Origin: an uncultured Oscillospiraceae bacterium
GTDB lineage: Bacteria > Bacillota > Clostridia > Oscillospirales > Oscillospiraceae
Direction of reading: 5' to 3'
Length of the DNA stretch: 50,789 nucleotides
Assembly (NCBI GenBank): GCA_944385775.1
Contig: CALWYM010000094.1
Span: 1-50,789 of the forward strand
The position numbers were made by a program, and so were the translations under genes. Below the pieces are notes generated by a model that searched no databases, was not told the DNA's origin, and saw only the letters and a program-made list of their open reading frames with translations. Of the stretch, positions 45,343 through 50,789 are shown piece after piece. How positions within the stretch are numbered: the first letter of the stretch is position 1; each line of letters starts with the position of its first letter.

Positions 45343-46419
45343 TTACTCAATCACAGTCCACTTTTTATCTACCTTATTGAGAACCTCACAGCCGTCGGCA
45401 GTGACAAGCACAAGATCCTCGACTCTCACGCCGAACTCGCCTGTGAGATACACTCCCGGCTCAATGGAAAAACACATTCCCTCTTTAACCGGTACGTCAA
45501 ATGCACTGGAAACATCTCCGTACTCATGGACTCCCATACCGATAAAGTGACCAAGCCTGTGGGTAAAGTACTGTCCGTATCCAAAAGAGGAGATGTAATC
45601 TCTGGCAGCGGCGTCAATATCGCAGAGCTTAACGCCGGGCTTAATAATGCTCTCGGCTTTTTCATTTGCCTTACGGACAATATCGTGAATAGACGCATAC
45701 TTTTCATCGGCTCTCTTATAGAAGAAGGTCCTTGTCATATCGCTGCAATAGTCCTCCTTCTTTCCGCCGATGTCAACAACTATGCAGTCTCCCTCGGAAA
45801 TCACCGTATCGTCAGGCATATGGTGAGGATCTGCGGCATTGGCTCCGAAAGAAACTATTGGGCTGAAGGACACGCCCTGGCAGCCCTCCTCAATATAGCG
45901 TCTTTTTATAAAGTCTGCCACCTCTCTTTCGGTAACTCCCTCCCTTATAGCTTCCGGTACAGAGAGCATAACTTTATCGTTTATCTCTGAATTCATGCGC
46001 ATAAGCTGCCGCTCATTCTGGTCCTTAACGGCACGGACCCAGTCAACGCACTGGGAAGCCAGCGGCGTTTTCACCCCGGAAAGCTTCTCCTGAAGCGGGA
46101 TAAGAAATCTTGCGGTCATAACCTTGTCAATTCCCAAATCCCGGGTCGTATCAATAACTCCGCAAATAACCTCCGCTATGTTATCCGTATCAGTATGCCA
46201 TATAACCGGAATACCAGCGTCAGGCTCCGGGAAAAGCTTATTGGCAATAAATCTGTGGTCGCCGGAGGCTGTAATGTAAAGAGCGAACAGCCTCTCCCCA
46301 GAGTGCTGCATAACTCCGGTAAGGTAGTATATGCTTCCCGGATCGCAAACCAGCATCTGGGTAAGCCCTTCCTCCGCCATGGCCTTTATAACTCTCTCAA
46401 TCCTGTCTGTTTTCATCAT
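45343..46419 (-). CDS. M24-family Xaa-Pro peptidase
   Basis: HRLGHFIGMGVHE, DIGG and EPG metal-ligand pattern, with a creatinase-like N-terminal domain. Length 358 aa. Confidence 0.88.
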   Translation of the reverse strand: MMKTDRIERVIKAMAEEGLTQMLVCDPGSIYYLTGVMQHSGERLFALYITASGDHRFIANKLFPEPDAGIPVIWHTDTDNIAEVICGVIDTTRDLGIDKVMTARFLIPLQEKLSGVKTPLASQCVDWVRAVKDQNERQLMRMNSEINDKVMLSVPEAIREGVTEREVADFIKRRYIEEGCQGVSFSPIVSFGANAADPHHMPDDTVISEGDCIVVDIGGKKEDYCSDMTRTFFYKRADEKYASIHDIVRKANEKAESIIKPGVKLCDIDAAARDYISSFGYGQYFTHRLGHFIGMGVHEYGDVSSAFDVPVKEGMCFSIEPGVYLTGEFGVRVEDLVLVTADGCEVLNKVDKKWTVIE

Positions 46420-46448
46420 ATGCCCTCCTTATCTCTTTATAAATAACT

Positions 46449-47732
46449 TTAAATATCACTTTCGGAAATCTCCTGCACCGCTTCTCTTACGCTCTGTGAC
46501 AGGTAAAGGGAACCAAGGGCACAGACGACGCCGTTATCCCCAGCAAGCTCTATTCCGCGTCGAACGCCGGCAGATACTGTTTCAGCGTCCTCCGCCTCTC
46601 CGCCCATACTCTCTATAAGCTCCTTCAGCGCCTTTGGCGTCATGGCTCTGGGATAGTCAATAGGTATGGTCACAAATCTTTTTGCCATGGGAATAAGCTG
46701 CCTCAGCACAGACTCCACGTCCTTATCTGCCATTATATCCATTACAAAAACGATTTTCTCCTGCCCGAAATATCTTTTAAGACTCTCCACAGCTCCGGAA
46801 ATCGCCGGTGGATTATGTGCTCCGTCAAGGATAAACACCGGTTTGTCCCTGAGTTTTTCAAACCGCCCCTTCCACTTCGTTTCCCGAAATCCATCGTAAA
46901 TATCCTCTTTCGTTATATTAAATCCACGCTCTGCGAGTTTACCGCACACAGCCGCCGCCAATGCGCAGTTATAGGGCTGGTACACTCCTGCAAGGGGTGT
47001 ATAAAGCCCTCTGTACTCCCCAAAGTCAAAAACCGCGCCGTCAATATCCATAGAGGTTATCTTTACATCATCACCTGATATTATCTGAAGCTCCGCTCCC
47101 ACAGCGCGGCAGCGATTTTCTATTTCCCTCGTAACTTCCTCGCCGCTGTTAAAACATACAGCGCTTGAGCCCCTCTTTATTATCCCCGATTTTGTTCTTG
47201 CGATCTCTCCCAAAGTGGAACCCAGCTGCTTTGTGTGGTCAAGTCCCACCGCGGTAATTACGGAAACCTCCGGCGGGTCAATAACGTTTGTATAATCCTT
47301 TTCCCCGCCCATTCCAACCTCAATAACCGCCACATCACAGCCGCATTTCGCAAAATACATAAAACCGAGTACCGTTACAATCTCAAACTCCTTCGGCTTT
47401 ATCCCCTGAGCCTCAATATAATCACAAAGCTCCGTAGTAAGCTCCGCAAGATCATCGTCCGGTATATCCTCGCCGTTAACACGTATCCGCTCATTAAACC
47501 TCGTAATATAGGGCGACGTAAACATACCCGTCCTGTACCCCGCCTTACGTAAAACAGACTCTATATACGCGCTGGTAGAACCCTTTCCGTTGGTGCCTGT
47601 AATATGTACCGCCTTAAAGCTCCTGTCCGGAGCGCCAAGGTCATCAAGCATTTTTCTTGTATCTGAAAGGGGTCTTTTGGGACCAAGCCATCTTGTGCTG
47701 TGGATAAAATCCAGCGCCTGCCGGTAATCCAT
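46449..47732 (-). CDS. folC: Folylpolyglutamate synthase / dihydrofolate synthase
   Basis: HITGTNGKGST P-loop and Mur-ligase architecture. Length 427 aa. It is 29 nt upstream of the peptidase gene, so co-transcription is likely. Confidence 0.92.
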   Translation of the reverse strand: MDYRQALDFIHSTRWLGPKRPLSDTRKMLDDLGAPDRSFKAVHITGTNGKGSTSAYIESVLRKAGYRTGMFTSPYITRFNERIRVNGEDIPDDDLAELTTELCDYIEAQGIKPKEFEIVTVLGFMYFAKCGCDVAVIEVGMGGEKDYTNVIDPPEVSVITAVGLDHTKQLGSTLGEIARTKSGIIKRGSSAVCFNSGEEVTREIENRCRAVGAELQIISGDDVKITSMDIDGAVFDFGEYRGLYTPLAGVYQPYNCALAAAVCGKLAERGFNITKEDIYDGFRETKWKGRFEKLRDKPVFILDGAHNPPAISGAVESLKRYFGQEKIVFVMDIMADKDVESVLRQLIPMAKRFVTIPIDYPRAMTPKALKELIESMGGEAEDAETVSAGVRRGIELAGDNGVVCALGSLYLSQSVREAVQEISESDI

Positions 47733-47804
47733 CTGCTCCTCAGCTCCTTTGTCTATGTTTATCAGATTATATCATTTTAGGCAGCCGCTGTCCAGTACGG
47801 TCCA

Positions 47805-47846
47805 AAAGCAAAAAGTCCCGAAGGACGGTCGTGTCCTTCGGGACTT
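47805..47846 (-). terminator. Terminator after the BAAT-like hydrolase gene
   Basis: AAGTCCCGAAGGAC (47813-47826) pairs with GTCCTTCGGGACTT (47833-47846). TTTGCTTTT follows on the minus strand. Confidence 0.8.
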
Positions 47847-47851
47847 ATGTA

Positions 47852-48733
47852 TTATGCTTGTTTTTTATCACTACCCCATGTTTCGGTAAACCATTTCACA
47901 GCCTCCTCAAAGGCTTCCTCCTTAGCTGCCTCGCACTCCTCGGGATAGTCCTTTTCTATCTTGAAATACTTTTCGGCACCGGCGTCAATCGGTATAAGCA
48001 GATGGCTGCCGAAACGATAGTTGCAGTGCTTTGTGGGATAGGCAAAGTTGCACTTTTTCAGATACTCCATAAGACGAATACAGGCCTCCTTGCTGGGCCA
48101 GATACTGTCATAGTCCGCTGAAATAAACAGTATGGGTCCCTTTATCCTCTGGACCTGGATAAGCGCCTCTCCGTGAGGGAAATCCAGCGCCTCGTCATAC
48201 ATAAACCTTGTATCAAACTGATTCTCCTGAAGACAATGGTTAAGGAAAAACATAAAGCTCATTTTAAGAGGAACATAGGGCAGCGGCTTTCCCTTATAAC
48301 TCCAGCTTGAAACGCCCTGGAGCATACTGTGTGACGCGATTCCTTCAAAGATATGAGAGATGGGGGAAATGGCAACAACACAGGTAATGTCAGGAATAAA
48401 AGACGCCGCAACAAGGGCATACTCAGCGCTCTTTCCGACGCCACAAATGCCGACCCGCTTATACCCCAGTTTTTTAAGATAGTCAACAGCGTACTGGACA
48501 GTTTCCACAGGAATCTCCCTTACAGCCTTGGGAAGTCCCTTTTCACCGCAATAGGCAATAGAAAGCGCATCCACGCCGCTGCGTCCGAAAGCGACAGCAA
48601 ACCTGCGACTCATTTCATAGTCACCATCACTGCCTACCATGACTATAACAGCCTTATCTAGCTCACGGTCATCAACCTGATACAAATCTCCGAAAACTTT
48701 TGTCTTTTCAAAATCAGCGTGAATTATTTTCAT
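47852..48733 (-). CDS. BAAT/acyl-CoA-thioesterase C-terminal-domain-like alpha/beta hydrolase
   Basis: VGICGVGKSAEYALVAASFI aligns with the recalled ACOT/BAAT nucleophile region. The C-terminal GSHLL aligns with the catalytic His. RBS AGGGGGG. Confidence 0.6.
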   Translation of the reverse strand: MKIIHADFEKTKVFGDLYQVDDRELDKAVIVMVGSDGDYEMSRRFAVAFGRSGVDALSIAYCGEKGLPKAVREIPVETVQYAVDYLKKLGYKRVGICGVGKSAEYALVAASFIPDITCVVAISPISHIFEGIASHSMLQGVSSWSYKGKPLPYVPLKMSFMFFLNHCLQENQFDTRFMYDEALDFPHGEALIQVQRIKGPILFISADYDSIWPSKEACIRLMEYLKKCNFAYPTKHCNYRFGSHLLIPIDAGAEKYFKIEKDYPEECEAAKEEAFEEAVKWFTETWGSDKKQA

Positions 48734-49209
48734 TCTAGAACCCCCCTAATATTATCTGCCATAGCATGATATAAATATTTTTTGAAAATCAATTTAATTA
48801 CAGGTAATTTTCTCAAGCCCTGACCTACAATCCTACACATCTACAATATAGAATACCACATTTTTACGCAATTTCAATAGGCTTTTTCCATTTTGACCAA
48901 CTTTCTTTTTCCCATTTTATACGTTAAACCATCAAATTTCGTATAATTGAAACTGCGCCTGACAGGTCATTCATAAATTCAAGACATATCAATATCGCAC
49001 TATTGAACTAAATTATTAAATTGTACTATTCTTTTCTTTAAAAAAACATTTAATTTGATTTATTATAATACATTTTTTTAATTTACACAAGCAGTGATTT
49101 TGCATAAATATTTTTTTATAATTTCAGATTTCTTATTTATTTATACTGTAACGTTTCACAAATATATATTGGTACAGTTACTTTTTTATCCAATTTATAT
49201 AGCAGAGAA

Positions 49210-49238
49210 ATCCCGGCAGCATAAAATACTGCCGGGAT
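49210..49238 (-). terminator. Hairpin after the SCIFF maturase gene
   Basis: ATCCCGGCAG (49210-49219) pairs with CTGCCGGGAT (49229-49238). The T-tract is weak on the minus strand. Confidence 0.5.
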
Positions 49239-49253
49239 ATTTTCCCTATCTGA

Positions 49254-50639
49254 TTATTCTTCATCGTTTGGCATATTTCTGGCAACCTGCATCATAATGG
49301 CGCACTCCATACGCTTTTTAAAAAGCTTGCAGCCGTACTCATAGGTTCCCCTGATAGAGCCGGTAGCATGGTAGGCGTTGGCAGCGCAGCCGCCGGAGCA
49401 ATAAAGTCTTGCCCAGCAGTCGTCACATTCAGGTCTGGCGTAGACGTTACAAAGCTTAAACTCATCACGAAGCTCATTATTTGTAACGCCGTCCCACACG
49501 TTACCCATAAGGTACTTTTCATCGCCTACAAACTGGTGGCATGGATAAAGATCTCCCCAGGGCGTAACGGCAAGATACTCCGTTCCGGAACCGCAGCCCG
49601 ATATGCGCTTATATATACATGGACCGTGTACAAGGTCAATCATATAATGATAGAAGGTAATGGGCTTGCCCTCCTTCTCACGGCGGAGCATATCCTTGGC
49701 GAGAATTTCATACTGCTCATAGAGCTTCGGCAAATCCTCCTCAGTAAGGGCATAGGGGTCGTCGGGAGAACATACCACAGGCTCCATGGAAAGCTCAGTA
49801 AAGCCCAGGTCAGCCAGGTGGAAAAGGTCGTTTGTAAAGTCCACGTTATTGTGGGTATATGTACCTCTCACATAGTAGCTCTTGTCACCGCGAGCCTTGG
49901 CAAACTTCTGGAAACGGGGAATAATCCTGTCGTAGCTTCCGTTTCCCGCGTAATCCTTACGTAGAGAATCGTGAATCTCCTTGCGACCGTCAATGCTCAT
50001 TACAACATTGCTCATCTCTTTGTTTGAGAATTCAATAACCTCGTCGTCCACAAGCATTCCGTTAGTTGTAAGGGTAAATCGGAAGTTTTTGCCCTTTTCC
50101 TTTTCAATGCTTCTGGCATATGCCACAAGCTGCTTTACAACGTCCCAGTTCATAAGTGGCTCTCCGCCGAAAAAGTCTACCTCAAGATTATGCCTCTTTC
50201 CGGAATTGGCAACAAGAAAATCTATTGCCTGCTTTCCAACTTCAAAGCTCATCAGGGCACGCTCACCGTTATACTTTCCCTGACTTGCAAAACAGTACTG
50301 GCAGTTAAGATTGCAGGTATGAGCAACATGAAGGCACAGGGCCTTTATCTCGTTGGAACGCTTTTTAAAATCAAAGGCCATACCCTCATAAATATCATCG
50401 GTAAAGAGCTTCTTCTGATTTTTGAGCTCCGTCACATCATCAATACACTGGCGTATATCCTCCTCTGTGACGTCCTCTCTGTCGCCGTATTTTTCCAACA
50501 TTGCCTTTACAATCTCGTCGGCTCCGTGATTTTCGTACATGGCTATAATATCGTATGCCACATCGTCCACCGCGTGAACCGAACCGGAATACACGTCCAA
50601 AACTATGTTATATCCGTTTAATTTATACTGATGTATCAT
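49254..50639 (-). CDS. Radical SAM/SPASM thioether-forming SCIFF peptide maturase
   Basis: CNLNCQYC radical-SAM motif and C-terminal SPASM cysteines (CGSG..., CDDCWARLYCSGGC). It lies directly downstream of a SCIFF-type precursor. Confidence 0.9.
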   Translation of the reverse strand: MIHQYKLNGYNIVLDVYSGSVHAVDDVAYDIIAMYENHGADEIVKAMLEKYGDREDVTEEDIRQCIDDVTELKNQKKLFTDDIYEGMAFDFKKRSNEIKALCLHVAHTCNLNCQYCFASQGKYNGERALMSFEVGKQAIDFLVANSGKRHNLEVDFFGGEPLMNWDVVKQLVAYARSIEKEKGKNFRFTLTTNGMLVDDEVIEFSNKEMSNVVMSIDGRKEIHDSLRKDYAGNGSYDRIIPRFQKFAKARGDKSYYVRGTYTHNNVDFTNDLFHLADLGFTELSMEPVVCSPDDPYALTEEDLPKLYEQYEILAKDMLRREKEGKPITFYHYMIDLVHGPCIYKRISGCGSGTEYLAVTPWGDLYPCHQFVGDEKYLMGNVWDGVTNNELRDEFKLCNVYARPECDDCWARLYCSGGCAANAYHATGSIRGTYEYGCKLFKKRMECAIMMQVARNMPNDEE

Positions 50640-50671
50640 ATAAACAATTCCTTCAAGTTAAGTATCATAGG

Positions 50672-50704
50672 AAAAAAATACCGCCTGCGCCTGACGCAAG
50701 CGGT
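50672..50704 (-). terminator. Hairpin with T-run between the SCIFF precursor and the maturase (probable attenuating terminator)
   Basis: ACCGCCTGCG (50680-50689) pairs with CGCAAGCGGT (50695-50704), with one G-U pair. A-run and T-run lie on either side. Confidence 0.6.
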
Positions 50705-50722
50705 GTTTTTTAAAGGACAAAA

Positions 50723-50789
50723 TTACTCCTCGTCCTTATGCTCGCACATCTGGTTTGCAACTCCGCAGGAGGTCTTGCAGGCAGACTGG
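50723..50789 (-). CDS. SCIFF (six-cysteines-in-forty-five) ranthipeptide precursor, 3' part (5' end lies outside the window)
   Basis: The reverse-strand translation ...QSACKTSCGVANQMCEHKDEE* matches the conserved SCIFF C-terminal core (C.SAC.TSC.V.NQ.C). The stop codon is at 50723-50725. Confidence 0.85.
   Translation of the reverse strand, partial: QSACKTSCGVANQMCEHKDEE

Noticed and set aside
48953-48963. The 11-mer CTGCGCCTGAC is repeated at 48953 and 50683.
   Set aside because: A single 11-nt coincidence is expected many times over in a 50-kb window, and there is no extended similarity around it.
49094-49297. A 67-aa plus-strand ORF in the AT-rich spacer.
   Set aside because: Its composition (Phe/Ile/Tyr/Leu) is driven by AT-richness. 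It has no RBS and overlaps the 3' end of the maturase gene.
1-50789. A whole-window look for tRNA, rRNA, CRISPR repeats, IS or transposase genes, integrases, prophage genes and toxin-antitoxin pairs.
   Set aside because: I saw nothing with the expected signatures: no regularly spaced direct repeats, no DDE or tyrosine-recombinase motifs, and no cloverleaf-like GC-rich segments in intergenic regions. The scan was by eye only, so small ncRNAs cannot be excluded.

Overview
This is a 50.8-kb chromosomal segment that looks like a spore-forming Clostridia-type Firmicute. The signals are spoVT, spoIID, a SCIFF peptide with its radical-SAM maturase, a glgB-P-C-D-A glycogen operon, strong Shine-Dalgarno sites and hairpin+T terminators. 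I call 42 CDS, 2 of them cut by the window edges and 34 on the minus strand. I saw no rRNA, tRNA, CRISPR array, transposase or integrase. All family assignments come from motifs read by eye in the translations; no database search was possible.

Gene content in order:
- 0-8 kb: orphan LysR regulator, spoVT, a long HD-domain phosphohydrolase and a heterodimeric ABC exporter.
- 8-15 kb: a DUF4250 mini-protein, a CBS-type family II pyrophosphatase, a self-contained two-gene cassette (GGCT-like/membrane-hairpin protein plus amidohydrolase), a nitroreductase and an alpha/beta hydrolase.
- 15.3-27.9 kb: the most unusual content, described below.
- 28-36.5 kb: the glycogen operon.
- 36.7-50.8 kb: spoIID, a DAACS carrier, a pair of COG0523-type GTPases (one with a (His-Glu)12/His10 tract encoded by a hexanucleotide repeat), a Cys-containing hypothetical protein, DUF3048, DUF4364, an M24 peptidase, folC, a BAAT-like hydrolase and the SCIFF locus.

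The 15.3-27.9 kb unit runs from a single promoter to a single terminator. It encodes mdh, fumC, hdrB-hdrC-hdrA, mvhD/flxD, flxC-, flxB- and flxA-like proteins, an anchor-less FrdB/FrdA-like fumarate reductase and an AAE-family carboxylate carrier. I interpret it as a candidate cytoplasmic NADH-linked, possibly ferredoxin-coupled (electron-bifurcating) fumarate reductase system. A Rex-like operator overlaps its promoter.
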